In this document: one piece after another, positions 10,301 through 19,500 of the stretch
How the letters are laid out: each line of letters begins with the position of its first letter
How positions within the stretch are numbered: the stretch's first letter is position 1
Source of the DNA: Patescibacteria group bacterium
GTDB lineage: Bacteria > Patescibacteriota > Minisyncoccia > Phycocordibacterales > BOKC01
Assembly: GCA_038062955.1 (NCBI GenBank)
Contig: JBBTWE010000001.1
Span: forward strand, 389,640-453,639
DNA: 64,000 nucleotides
Direction: 5' to 3'
The notes under the pieces: generated by a model
Database searches by the model: none
Seen by the model: the letters and a program-made list of their open reading frames with translations, nothing else
Told to the model about the DNA's origin: nothing
Translations under genes and position numbers: made by a program

Positions 10301-10970
10301 TTTTGTAGATTGCTTCTGCTCCGATTCCAGCTTCAAAGATTGTGCCGTATCTTAGAGAATGATTGTGATATAAAACCTCATCAAGCACTTGGCCTTCTTT
10401 GATGTCCTCAATTTCCCTCTTGGTTTTGAGCCACAATTCTTTTAAAGAATTTTTTTCTTCTTCTTTTCCTACGGCTTTTAACTTCAATTTGAATTCAGCG
10501 TCCAGGTCGCTCAAAACTTTCTTTCTCTCATCCTCCATGACACCAGTCACAATATATCCAGCAAAATAAATCACCTTTTCAAGATCGCTCGCAGAAATCC
10601 CCAAAATCATTCCGATTCTTGACGGTGTGCTCTTTAAAAACCAAACATGAGAAACTGGGGAGGCCAGTTCTATGTGGCCCATTCTTTCTCTTCGAACTAT
10701 AGAACGAGTTATTTCAACCCCGCATTTTTCACAGACAATACCTTTGTATCTAATACCGCGGTATTTTCCACAATAACATTCGTAATCCTTGTCCGGACCG
10801 AATATTTTTTCATCAAAAAGACCACTTCTTTCGCTTCTTTGTGTGCGATAGTTTATTGTTTCAGGCTTTGTCACTTCTCCAAATGACCATTCTTTTATGC
10901 GCTCGGGTGAAGCGAGTTTGAGTATTAAGCCTTCAAAATCATTAATATTGGAATATGTTTTTGATTTCAT
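7338..10970 (-). CDS. rpoC: RNA polymerase beta' subunit
   Basis: NADFDGDQMAVH active site, N-terminal zinc finger CYCGKY...CEKC, GKRVDYSGRSVI. Confidence 0.99.
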   Translation of the reverse strand: MKSKTYSNINDFEGLILKLASPERIKEWSFGEVTKPETINYRTQRSERSGLFDEKIFGPDKDYECYCGKYRGIRYKGIVCEKCGVEITRSIVRRERMGHIELASPVSHVWFLKSTPSRIGMILGISASDLEKVIYFAGYIVTGVMEDERKKVLSDLDAEFKLKLKAVGKEEEKNSLKELWLKTKREIEDIKEGQVLDEVLYHNHSLRYGTIFEAGIGAEAIYKILKDVDLVKLKVNLEKDLEVAGAAEKEKLSKRISLVKSMIESGVRPEWTFLLRLPVIPPALRPMVPLDGGRYATSDVNDLYRRVINRNNRLKKLKEINAPEVILRNEKRILQEAVDALIDNTLRQGTTQIVASQAQKRALKSLADNLKGKRGFFRQNLLGKRVDYSGRSVIVIGPTLKLNECGLPKHMALELFRPFVICQILKMDLAYNIKGASKLIEEGVPEVWAILEDVIKDKYVLLNRAPTLHRLGIQAFKPLLIEGNAIQIHPLVCTAFNADFDGDQMAVHVPLGEEAQLEAKEILAADKNILKPGSGDPIISAKMLDIILGCYWMTKMLAGEKGEGKYFSNPNSAITTFDFGALGFRAKIKILATDTPKYKEFKSGIFESSVGRLLFNSVLPNDYPFVNAEIDRKKMASLIEDLIEKYGIEKIPDIVDKVKNFGFQYATYAGITWGIDEVKIPEAKGPIIVEAKRKVEEIVGQYNDGFISTDERLRKNIEIWHWAKSEIEKIIPSSLDPRGSVHDMVNSGARGSLSQITQMAGIKGLIQNTAGETIEFPVVSSTKEGLTPIEYFITTHGARKGLTDTALNTAKAGYLTRRLFDVAQDSIISEEDCGTKEGIKIFKKSGNEMETPLSRNIRWRFIAEDVVLQNGKDVFKKGSFISKKDAILIENDGVKEVVVRSPLSCKSIKGVCALCYGADLGNGRPIEIGEAIGTVAAQAIGEPGTQLTMRTFHTGGTASVGGDITTGLPRVEEVFEKRKPKNAAVISRVDGIISEIKEEKGERYIIISGEGVKKTKKGDSEYAVSFHRSILVKAGQEVKKGQILTDGSADIGELFKYAGKEKTENYIIREISRLYELQGEAVSRKHIEVIVRQMFSRRKIKDSGDSTFSPGDVVEESELQKENQKIKALGKNEAKAEKVVMGITEVSLTRKSFLSAASFQHTTKILINASVRGYTDDLSGLKENVIIGRLIPAGTGFPGSRKSKIFDKLK

Positions 10971-11021
10971 ATATCTAAGGTTCTATTTATTTCTTTAATT
11001 TTATTCCGACCTTGTGAGCAG

Positions 11022-11053
11022 GAGGGTCGAACTAATGATCGACACCTGCAGAC
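11022..11053 (+). repeat. Diverged copy of the GGTCGA-loop-TCGACACCTGYAGAC hairpin motif
   Basis: GAGGGTCGA-actaatga-TCGACACCTGCAGAC in the rpoB-rpoC spacer; compare 880-913 and 32866-32899. Confidence 0.5.
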
Positions 11054-11066
11054 AGACGGGTACCTT

Positions 11067-14000
11067 TTATTCTTTTCCTCGAGTAAATTTTTCTCGATCT
11101 TTAAAATTTCTTTTTCCAATATTATGCGAACCTGAAAGCTTAGAAACTTCTCCCGCTTTTAACTCAACATCCAAAGCTAGTCCACGCAGATTACTTAAAA
11201 GAACATTGAAGGAGACTGGGGTGTTAAGTTCTGTGATTTTTTCTCCTCTAACAATAGCGTCGAATGCGGCCGATCTTCCAACTATATCGTCAGATTTTAT
11301 GGTAAGCATTTCACGCAGAATGTGAGCCCCACCGTAACCCAAAAGCGCCCAAACTTCCATCTCTCCGAATCTTTGCCCGCCTCCTTGAGCTTTACCTCCG
11401 AGTGGTTGCTGGGTGATGAGAGAATAAGGACCGATAGAACGCATATGGATTTTATCTTCAACCATATGATGCAACTTCATGATGTACATGTATCCGATTG
11501 CAATAGGTTGTTCAAAAGAAACTCCCGTCCTACCGTCAAAAAGCTTGACTTTACCGCTCTCTGGAATTCCTGCGGCGACAAGTTCAGTTTTAATTTCTTT
11601 TTCAGTTGCTCCCAAGAAAGGAGGCACGATTGCCTGGTAATTTAAAGTGTGAGCGGCTAGTCCCAAATGCATTTCCAAAATCTGTCCGAGATTCATACGG
11701 CTTGGCACTCCAAGCGGGGTCAAAATTATATCAACAGGCGTACCATCTTCTCTAAACGGCATATCTTCTTCCGGCAAAATTCTTGAAATTACTCCTTTGT
11801 TTCCATGACGACCCGCTAGCTTATCTCCTACCGAAACGTTTCGGAGTTGAGCAATTTCTATATGAATTCTCTTGATAATTCCTGATTCCAATTTGTCACC
11901 CTTCTCTCTGGAAAATACCTGAACTTTGACAACTCTTCCTCTCTTTCCGACTTCCATTCTCTTCGAAGTATCCTTAACATCGCGGGCTTTTTCTCCGAAA
12001 AGTGAGCGAAGCAATCTTTCTTCGGGAGTAAGTTGTGTTTCTCCTTTTGGTGTAATCTTTCCAACCAAAATATCTCCTGGATCAACTTCGGCTCCCACTC
12101 TTACAATTCCATCTTCAGCCAAATTTTTGAGTTTGGTTTCTCCAACGTTTGGAATATCGCAGGTTGTAACTTCAGGTCCAAGTTTGGTATCACGCACATT
12201 TACCACGAATTCCTCGATATGGATGCTGGTAAATTTACTGTTTTTTACCAATCTTTCTGAAAGAATAATGGCGTCTTCATAATTAGCTCCTGACCAAGAA
12301 ATGAAAGCGACCAAAACATTTTGTCCAAGCGCCATCTCTCCTCGATCACTCGAAGAAACATCAGCTAAAACATGACCTCTTTTTACTTTTTGACCGACAT
12401 CAACGCTAGGACGTTGATGAAAATCTGTAAAACCATTGGTTCTGGAAAAATTAACGAGCTTATACTCTGTTTCTTCTCCTTTTTTATTTTCGACAGTAAC
12501 ACTTCGGCCGTCAACATATTTAACCTCGCCGTCTTCTTTTGAAAGAATAAGTCTTCCTGTATCTAAAGCTGATTCATGTTCAATGCCGGTTGCAACAAGA
12601 GGGGCCTCATGAATAATGCATGGAGTAGCTTGTTTCTGCATGTTGGAACCCATAAGCGCTCTGTTAGCATCATCGTGATTTAAAAACGGAATCATTGAGG
12701 TCGCAATAGAAAAAGCTTGCGCTGGCGACACATCAATGTAGTCAACTTTTTCTTTTACTACTAGGCCGGGATTTCCTTTGATTCTAACTTCCACATTTTC
12801 TATAGTGATTTCTCCATCATTATTATATGGGGTTGCGGCATGAGCGATTGTATACTTTTCTTCTTCAAAAGCATCCATGTAATCAATTTGTTTTTGAATC
12901 TTGCCGTTCTTTACTTTAGCGTAAGGAGTTTCAATAATTCCAAATTCATTGATTCTGGCGTAAAGAGACAAACGTAAAATGAGTCCTATGTTCTGGCCTT
13001 CTGGTGTATGAATTGGGCAAAGTCTTCCATAGTGAGAAGGATGCACGTCTCGCACTTCAAAACCCGCTCTAGCCCTGTTGAGACCTCCGGGACCCAATGC
13101 TGAAAGGGTTCTTAGATGTTCGATTTCTGAAAGAATATTTTCCTGTTGCATGAATTGTGACAACTGGTTGGTGGCAAAAAATTCTTTAATTCTGGCCTGA
13201 AGTGGTTTCGGTGAAATAAAATTTATAGGCAAAGTCGTCTCGGTGTCCACAATAGACATTCGATTCTGTATATTTCTTTTTATTTGAGCCATTCCAACTC
13301 TTATTTTTTGCTGGAATAATTCGCCAACATGCCTGACTCTACGAGAACCAAGATGGTCGATATCATCTTCTTTCGCGTCTGGAGTTGTGTTGAGCTTGGC
13401 AACATTTGTAATGATAATCTCAAGATCTTTTAGATCTATCACTCTTTTGTTTACATCCGCGCCATCAAGTTTTAGTCCAAATCTCTTATTGAACATATAA
13501 CGACCCACTCGAGATAAATCGTATCTTTCCTCGGAAAACATTCCGGTAAAAAATGATTTGGCGTTTTGTACAGTTGCCAAATCACCATCCCTTAGTCTTC
13601 GATGGATTTCAATTACCGCTTGGTCAACATTTTTAGCTGGATCCTTGTCCAGTGTTTTTTGGATAAAGTCTTTCGTCTCTTGATCTTTAAATAAAGCTAG
13701 GATTTCCTTGTTTGTTTCAGCCCCAAAAGCACGCAAAAGCGAGGTTATTGGGAATTTTCTTTTTCGATCAATTCTCACATAAATGACTCCATCAGCTTCA
13801 GTCTCGATTTCAATCCATGCACCTCTTCCTGGAATAATTTTGGCTCCAAAATAATTTTGACCTCTAATAACTTGGGAAGTAAACAAAACACCAAAAGATC
13901 TAGCGAGTTGAGGTACGATTACTCTTTCAATACCGTTTATAATGAAAGTTCCGTGACTGGTCATGAGAGGCAGATCAGCCATGAATATTTCTTGCTCCTT

Positions 14001-14315
14001 CTCTGTTCCTATAATTAGATTCTTTAACTTTACTTTGACCTTAAGCGGAGCATCAAAAGTTAATTTATTGTCTTTGGCAAAATATTCATCATGTTTTGGA
14101 GAACCCAATTCAAATTCGGTAAAATCAAGCTGAAATTTTTTCTCTGAAAAATCTTTGATCTTCGAAAATTCCTTAAATATTTCTTTTAAACCAACTTTAA
14201 CAAGCCAATCAAAAGAATTGATCTGGGATTCAACCAAATTAGGTGTGATTGTGAGAGATGGTTTGTACCTGTTGAAATATTTTTTTTCTCTTGGTTTGAT
14301 TTGAGATTTTGGCAT
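11067..14315 (-). CDS. rpoB: RNA polymerase beta subunit
   Basis: GDKLAGRHGNKG, RSIGPYSLITQQPLGG, GQRFGEME, RDVHPSHYGRLCPI. Confidence 0.99.
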   Translation of the reverse strand: MPKSQIKPREKKYFNRYKPSLTITPNLVESQINSFDWLVKVGLKEIFKEFSKIKDFSEKKFQLDFTEFELGSPKHDEYFAKDNKLTFDAPLKVKVKLKNLIIGTEKEQEIFMADLPLMTSHGTFIINGIERVIVPQLARSFGVLFTSQVIRGQNYFGAKIIPGRGAWIEIETEADGVIYVRIDRKRKFPITSLLRAFGAETNKEILALFKDQETKDFIQKTLDKDPAKNVDQAVIEIHRRLRDGDLATVQNAKSFFTGMFSEERYDLSRVGRYMFNKRFGLKLDGADVNKRVIDLKDLEIIITNVAKLNTTPDAKEDDIDHLGSRRVRHVGELFQQKIRVGMAQIKRNIQNRMSIVDTETTLPINFISPKPLQARIKEFFATNQLSQFMQQENILSEIEHLRTLSALGPGGLNRARAGFEVRDVHPSHYGRLCPIHTPEGQNIGLILRLSLYARINEFGIIETPYAKVKNGKIQKQIDYMDAFEEEKYTIAHAATPYNNDGEITIENVEVRIKGNPGLVVKEKVDYIDVSPAQAFSIATSMIPFLNHDDANRALMGSNMQKQATPCIIHEAPLVATGIEHESALDTGRLILSKEDGEVKYVDGRSVTVENKKGEETEYKLVNFSRTNGFTDFHQRPSVDVGQKVKRGHVLADVSSSDRGEMALGQNVLVAFISWSGANYEDAIILSERLVKNSKFTSIHIEEFVVNVRDTKLGPEVTTCDIPNVGETKLKNLAEDGIVRVGAEVDPGDILVGKITPKGETQLTPEERLLRSLFGEKARDVKDTSKRMEVGKRGRVVKVQVFSREKGDKLESGIIKRIHIEIAQLRNVSVGDKLAGRHGNKGVISRILPEEDMPFREDGTPVDIILTPLGVPSRMNLGQILEMHLGLAAHTLNYQAIVPPFLGATEKEIKTELVAAGIPESGKVKLFDGRTGVSFEQPIAIGYMYIMKLHHMVEDKIHMRSIGPYSLITQQPLGGKAQGGGQRFGEMEVWALLGYGGAHILREMLTIKSDDIVGRSAAFDAIVRGEKITELNTPVSFNVLLSNLRGLALDVELKAGEVSKLSGSHNIGKRNFKDREKFTRGKE

Positions 14316-14416
14316 GCAATTTAAATAGGTAAAAAGTTGGGTCTTTAAACCTTTTCGACAAAATTATTAAATTTTTTATTTTTCCCCGAACACTAAGATT
14401 TTAAAAAGAAAGAAGT

Positions 14417-14611
14417 GAGAGAACTTTCAGATTCGGATGCAGACCGAGGCACAAGCGAGTCGGAAATTTTATATCACTTCGTGATAAAAAATCTCCCGAC
14501 ATGATTTCTATGGTGTAGAAATCAGAACCGTACCGAGCCGTATTTAATAATACGGTGAGGAAGGCTCGGAGCGAAGTAACGACGGTATGTGCCGAATGTG
14601 AAAGCTCTCTC
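14417..14611. repeat. Multi-hairpin palindromic element in the rpoB leader, containing repeat family B (14458-14524)
   Basis: Outer imperfect IR GAGAGAACTTTCAGATTCGG / CCGAATGTGAAAGCTCTCTC; 67-nt core recurs at 33898-33964. Confidence 0.65.
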
Positions 14612-14661
14612 TAAATGTGGGGATTTGCAACCTTAACTCAATCTTCTACTAGATTCTGGAT

Positions 14662-14689
14662 AGTATAGTCAGATTCCTTTTCCTGTCAA
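14662..14689 (-). promoter_or_regulatory. Candidate rpoBC promoter
   Basis: TTGACA-16nt-TATACT; a perfect DnaA-box 9-mer (TTATCCACA) lies at 14698-14706. Confidence 0.55.
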
Positions 14690-14706
14690 GGGAATATTGT
14701 GGATAA

Positions 14707-14841
14707 CTCCAACACTTATCGAGACATGGATTTTTCTGCGAGGTCGCAATTCATGAACATATTCAAAAACTGGTCTTAAATTTAACTTAATATCCTAATA
14801 TATTAAAGAATCATATCGCAATGTCTCGATAGGTGTGGGAG
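14707..14841. mobile_element. MITE-like element with 21-bp imperfect TIRs
   Basis: CTCCAACACTTATCGAGACAT / ATGTCTCGATAGGTGTGGGAG, GATAA direct repeat at both ends, AT-rich interior resembling that of 34649-34785. Confidence 0.6.
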
Positions 14842-14870
14842 ATAAGTTTTAATACAGTAAAATCGATAAC

Positions 14871-17800
14871 TTACGGTTGGCTGATTATCTTATTTCTTGT
14901 TATAGGGCCGAAATATCCTACTGCTGGACTAAGACCATTTAAGCGTTGAAATTTTATCAGCGCCACTTGGGTAAGATTTCCAAAATAAGTCCCCTCATTA
15001 CCTGGTGAACCAATGCCTGAAGAAGCAATAACGAATCCATGAGTATTCAAGAAGACTTGCAATGCTCGAACATCTGGCCCAACCGAACCAACGGTAAGGT
15101 CTCGAGAGAAGGTAGAACTAATGACGGGTGTCTGCAATCCCTGATTTGCTCGTTGTTCTAGCAGAGCCAAGAGAGTGGCTCGCAAACTTGTGAGAAGGTT
15201 CTGAAGTTCAGCAATGGTCATCTGACTTGTTGGTCTGTTAGGTTGATTGTTTCCTTGATTGTTGTTAGAAGCTCCACCGCCAGATGAACCACCTCCGCCG
15301 CCTCCCCCTCCTCCACCACCACCGCCACCAGTATTTGTATTTTCAGTCCTTCCTTCATCTTCATTAGACCAAGCCGAAGCTCCGATAGTATTCACTGCTC
15401 GGACACGATATTCATATGTTGTGTTCACTGATAGACCGGTATCGGTAAATGTTTGTGTATTGATTGGCAGATTTGATGCAGAAGAAAGAGAAGTAAATGA
15501 GTCTGGAGATATTCTTCTTTCAACTTCAAATCTGGTTTCATTGTTGCTGTTGTCGTTCCATGATAGGCGAAGTTCGGATGGACCAAGTACTGTAACCAAG
15601 AGAGAAGATGGTGCAGATGGAGCTGTTAGTTGTTCAACAACCAAAGGTAGTCTGTTACTAAACTGTCCATCAGCGTTTCGTACTCTGAAATCATGAGTGC
15701 CGACAGATAGCGAACCAGCTAGGAATTCGAATCTGATAACAGAAGTGCTTAGGACACTGGAAGTCTGGTTAGAACAATTTTGACCAGAACATCTTTGAAG
15801 AGTGGCGCCTGGGAAATCAAAACCTGAACCATAGAAATCGATTTGTCTGTTTTGATTGGATGATACGGTCGAAGGAGAGATACTTGCGAGAACTGGGGTT
15901 TGGGCAACAACTGTTCCTGCGGTTCCGCTTCCAACAACAGATATCCCTGCTCCACTTGTTGTGCCTTGAGCAACAGAAGACCATGCTGAAGATCCGACTA
16001 CATTGTATGCTCGGACACGATAGCTGTAGCTTGTGTTTGGGGTTAGATTCGTGTGAGTGAATGTGGTGACGCCTGCCGCGACTGTTCCTGCCGGTAACCA
16101 AGTACTTGCTGAAGTTAGTCGGTATTCAATATTGAATCCTTGTTCATTAGAGCTTGTGTCAGACCAATTTAGACGAAGTTGGGTAGAGTTAAGTGCTGTT
16201 ACTCCCAGATTAGATGGAGTAGATGGAGCTCCGGATTGCACAGTGAGAGTGTATGGAGTTGTCCTGACCAAAGAACCTGCGGTTGCAGTCAGAGTGAGAG
16301 GATATACAGCGACAGGTGTGGTTGTTAGGGTGGTGATGGAGAGAGTAGAAGTACAAGTTGGATTTGGTGTGCAAGAAGTTGGAACAAAAGAGAACGAGCC
16401 TTGGGCAGAAGTAAGACCGTTTGCTTGAAAACTGACAACTTCAGAAGCACCGGCTGTCTTTGTGACAGTGAGAGTTGTTTGGGTAGATTGTCCTTGTTGA
16501 ATAGAGCCTGATATTGGGTTTGTGGTGAGGTTGAAGTTGAAAGCAGTAACAGTTGTGCCCTGGGCTACGTTAGACCACGCGGAAGATCCAGCTGTGCCCA
16601 CGGCTCTTACATGATATTCGTAAGAAGTTCCAGCAGAGAGTCCTATGTCGGTGTAAGTGGTTGTGTTAGGGGGTAAATTTGATGCCGCTCCAATAATTGC
16701 AAATGTTCCGCTAGGCAATAATCTTCTTTCTATTTCGAAACGGGTTTCGTTACCACTATTATCAGACCAATTCAGACGAAGTTGTGAAGTACTCAAAGAT
16801 GTAATTATTAGATTTGATGGAGGGATTGGAGTGCTTTGTAAGGTAGTGCCAGTCGCAATACTAGACCATGCAGAGGCCCCAGCAGTGTTGTAAGCTCGCA
16901 CACGGTAGTCGTAAGAAGTATTGGAGAGAAGACCAGGATGAGTGAAGGAAGTGATACCTGCAGCCAGGGTGCTAGCACCCGGAACAGTTAGCCAAACAGA
17001 AGCGGTGGATGGTTTGTATTCTAGTGTAAATCCTTGTTCGTTGGTACTACTGTCAAACCATGTAAGAAGTATGCTCGTACTTGTTTGGCCAACAGCCACT
17101 AAATTAGTTGGCGCGTTTGGCGATACTTGCGCAGTAGAACCAGAAGCAACTGGTGTCCACGCCGAACTGCCAACAGTATTATAAGAACGCACCCTATAAT
17201 CATAAGAAGAATTTGGCACAAGACTTGAATGAGTAAACGTATTAACGCTTGCCACTACTGTGCCTGCGGGGAGCCAGGTGCTTGCCGAAGATAATTTGTA
17301 CTCTATATTAAACCCTTGTTCGTTGGTGCTGTTGTCATTCCAAGTCAAACGTAACTCCGACGAACTCATTGTTGTAATTATTAGATTTGATGGCGGGTTG
17401 GGTATTGTTTGTGAAGTTGTACCAGAGACAGTGGAAGACCACGCTGAATTGCCAGCTGTATTATGAGCGCGTACTCTGTAATTATAAGTGGCATTTGCGG
17501 TCAAATTAGAATGTGTGAATGTGGTCACACCTGCCCCAACCGTACCCGCCGACAACCATGTGCCAGAAGAAGCTAATTTGTAATCTATATTGAATTCTTG
17601 TTCGTTGTTACTGTTATCGTTCCAATTTAGACGAAGTTCTGATGAACTCACTGTTGTTACCGTAAGACCAGATGGAGCACTTGGTGGGTTAGACGGAGTC
17701 CCTGCTTCAAAATAAAGTCCCCACATAGCATCAGCGAATTGACTACTATACCCGCCCCCATGACCCACCATGTGGAGATTTGGAAATCTACCTATACCAT

Positions 17801-19466
17801 TTGCGGGATTAGTATCTAGAACACAATTACCAGGACTGCCGCTAAGTGGTCCGTAAGTAACTCCGTACGCGGAATTTGAAGGGGCTCCTCCTGAAGTTGG
17901 ACTCGTAAGAGAACATGTACCATTTCCTGGACACGGAAAAGAGACAGTTCCTGAACCTGAACTATAAGTTGCAACCGCCGAACTGCATGCGGCTCCTGGA
18001 GTGCTTCCTCCAACACAGACTCCAGGCGCTGGAGCACAAACATCTGGTTGTGTTACTGCACCAGAAGGAACCCATCTTGCTAAGTAATCAATTGATAACT
18101 GGTTATTCCAAACATTAATTCCTCCGGGCAAAAGAATGGTCGCCAAAGTTCCACCTACGGCATCATTTGAGAATGTTTGCTGATAACCGTTAAGAGGATA
18201 AAGACCCCCATCAATATACCGATATGGATCAATACAAGTTTTTGACCCAGGATCAGTATTATGAAGAACCGTCCAATAAACTCCATCATTACAGTACTGT
18301 ATTTCTTGTGAAGCTACAGGAACACCTGTCCTGTTTAAGGTGGCAATACTGTTCTCTCCGAAAACAGCTAAACCGCTACCACTTACAAAATTTTTCATTG
18401 CTTGATTATTTAAAAGTATTCCCGCGAAAGCGATTGGCGCTTTTCTTCCATTTTCATGACCTCCTCCACCAGCAGTGCTGTAGTCTCCTCCATTTAAAAC
18501 GACACCGTAATAATCAATTCCTGCCTGAACATAGTTAATGATTGCATCCATCTTTAGGGACAAAGAGTCATTTAAAATAATACGCAAAGCTGCATTCCCA
18601 GTATTCAAAGCAATATCCCCTCCGTACGCCTGCATATTTTTATCAGGACGGATTCTGCCAAATTGCCATCCAGGGTAATCCAACTGAACTCTTCGAAAAT
18701 TGCTTTCGACGGTGGCAAGGGATGGAATAGTAACTCCGCTTGGTGGAGTCAAAGAAGGGAGCAACCCCACCTCAAGATTGAGAGTGCTATAAAGTGTTTT
18801 TTGAGTCCCAGCAAACCCTGGTCTGAATGAATTTGTTCCACTACTTGTGGGAATACTTGTGAGTACAGTAAGAACAGCGGCGGTATCAACATAGCAAGTT
18901 TGACCAGGATTATTTTCACAAACGGGAGATACGTCTGAATTAGAAATTGTTTTAATGATAGACGATGGTGTAGTGATAGTAATAGGAAGTGATGGAACTA
19001 GAGCAGCATTATAGGCATCACCACGAGAATCATAACCTTGTGATGTAAATTGTGCTGGATTAATTTGAAAGCCATTTCTTCCACCAGAAAAATTTGGTGT
19101 GATGCTGGTAATTGTGACCGGCGAAACAACCCACCAGTCCCCATTCACAAATTGTCCGCATTCCACAGATTGAGAAAAAGTCCAAGTAATTCCATATTGA
19201 GTGACAAAATCGCAAGTTGGAAGATCTGGACCATTTTCTTCTGGAACTGGTTGAGAAGGAAGTATTGGTATGTTTGTTGAAATGGGCGCACTTCCTTGAT
19301 TTCCATCTTCATCAACAACGAGGACACTTAAGAAAGACAGGCTTAAGTTTTTAAGGTCTATCTGTTTTACCCCAATGCCATTTATTAAAACAAATGAAAA
19401 TGTAAAAACGATAACAATCAAGAGAACTGTGATGCTAAATAATTTTTTCATCTTTTTTCCTGACAT
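14871..19466 (-). CDS. Large secreted/surface protein: unknown N-terminal domain, multiple fibronectin type III repeats, IPT-like domain, C-terminal peptidoglycan-binding-like domain
   Basis: N-terminal hydrophobic segment; repeated LxWxDNSxNExxFxIE...YxYRVRAxNxxGxSAWS; poly-Gly linker; RDLTVGSVGPDVRALQVFLN...GYFGPITR. Confidence 0.85.
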   Translation of the reverse strand: MSGKKMKKLFSITVLLIVIVFTFSFVLINGIGVKQIDLKNLSLSFLSVLVVDEDGNQGSAPISTNIPILPSQPVPEENGPDLPTCDFVTQYGITWTFSQSVECGQFVNGDWWVVSPVTITSITPNFSGGRNGFQINPAQFTSQGYDSRGDAYNAALVPSLPITITTPSSIIKTISNSDVSPVCENNPGQTCYVDTAAVLTVLTSIPTSSGTNSFRPGFAGTQKTLYSTLNLEVGLLPSLTPPSGVTIPSLATVESNFRRVQLDYPGWQFGRIRPDKNMQAYGGDIALNTGNAALRIILNDSLSLKMDAIINYVQAGIDYYGVVLNGGDYSTAGGGGHENGRKAPIAFAGILLNNQAMKNFVSGSGLAVFGENSIATLNRTGVPVASQEIQYCNDGVYWTVLHNTDPGSKTCIDPYRYIDGGLYPLNGYQQTFSNDAVGGTLATILLPGGINVWNNQLSIDYLARWVPSGAVTQPDVCAPAPGVCVGGSTPGAACSSAVATYSSGSGTVSFPCPGNGTCSLTSPTSGGAPSNSAYGVTYGPLSGSPGNCVLDTNPANGIGRFPNLHMVGHGGGYSSQFADAMWGLYFEAGTPSNPPSAPSGLTVTTVSSSELRLNWNDNSNNEQEFNIDYKLASSGTWLSAGTVGAGVTTFTHSNLTANATYNYRVRAHNTAGNSAWSSTVSGTTSQTIPNPPSNLIITTMSSSELRLTWNDNSTNEQGFNIEYKLSSASTWLPAGTVVASVNTFTHSSLVPNSSYDYRVRSYNTVGSSAWTPVASGSTAQVSPNAPTNLVAVGQTSTSILLTWFDSSTNEQGFTLEYKPSTASVWLTVPGASTLAAGITSFTHPGLLSNTSYDYRVRAYNTAGASAWSSIATGTTLQSTPIPPSNLIITSLSTSQLRLNWSDNSGNETRFEIERRLLPSGTFAIIGAASNLPPNTTTYTDIGLSAGTSYEYHVRAVGTAGSSAWSNVAQGTTVTAFNFNLTTNPISGSIQQGQSTQTTLTVTKTAGASEVVSFQANGLTSAQGSFSFVPTSCTPNPTCTSTLSITTLTTTPVAVYPLTLTATAGSLVRTTPYTLTVQSGAPSTPSNLGVTALNSTQLRLNWSDTSSNEQGFNIEYRLTSASTWLPAGTVAAGVTTFTHTNLTPNTSYSYRVRAYNVVGSSAWSSVAQGTTSGAGISVVGSGTAGTVVAQTPVLASISPSTVSSNQNRQIDFYGSGFDFPGATLQRCSGQNCSNQTSSVLSTSVIRFEFLAGSLSVGTHDFRVRNADGQFSNRLPLVVEQLTAPSAPSSLLVTVLGPSELRLSWNDNSNNETRFEVERRISPDSFTSLSSASNLPINTQTFTDTGLSVNTTYEYRVRAVNTIGASAWSNEDEGRTENTNTGGGGGGGGGGGGGGSSGGGASNNNQGNNQPNRPTSQMTIAELQNLLTSLRATLLALLEQRANQGLQTPVISSTFSRDLTVGSVGPDVRALQVFLNTHGFVIASSGIGSPGNEGTYFGNLTQVALIKFQRLNGLSPAVGYFGPITRNKIISQP

Positions 19467-19500
19467 AATATTAAGTATTTTTTAATACCCTTTATTTTTT

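Noticed and set aside
14698-14706. Replication origin suggested by a perfect DnaA box (plus a variant at 49138-49146)
   Set aside because: The boxes are isolated, with no cluster, no dnaA/dnaN and no switch in gene strand bias.
15283-15330. C-rich triplet runs here and near 19901-19993 as regulatory or G-quadruplex repeats
   Set aside because: Explained by poly-Gly linkers in the two surface proteins.
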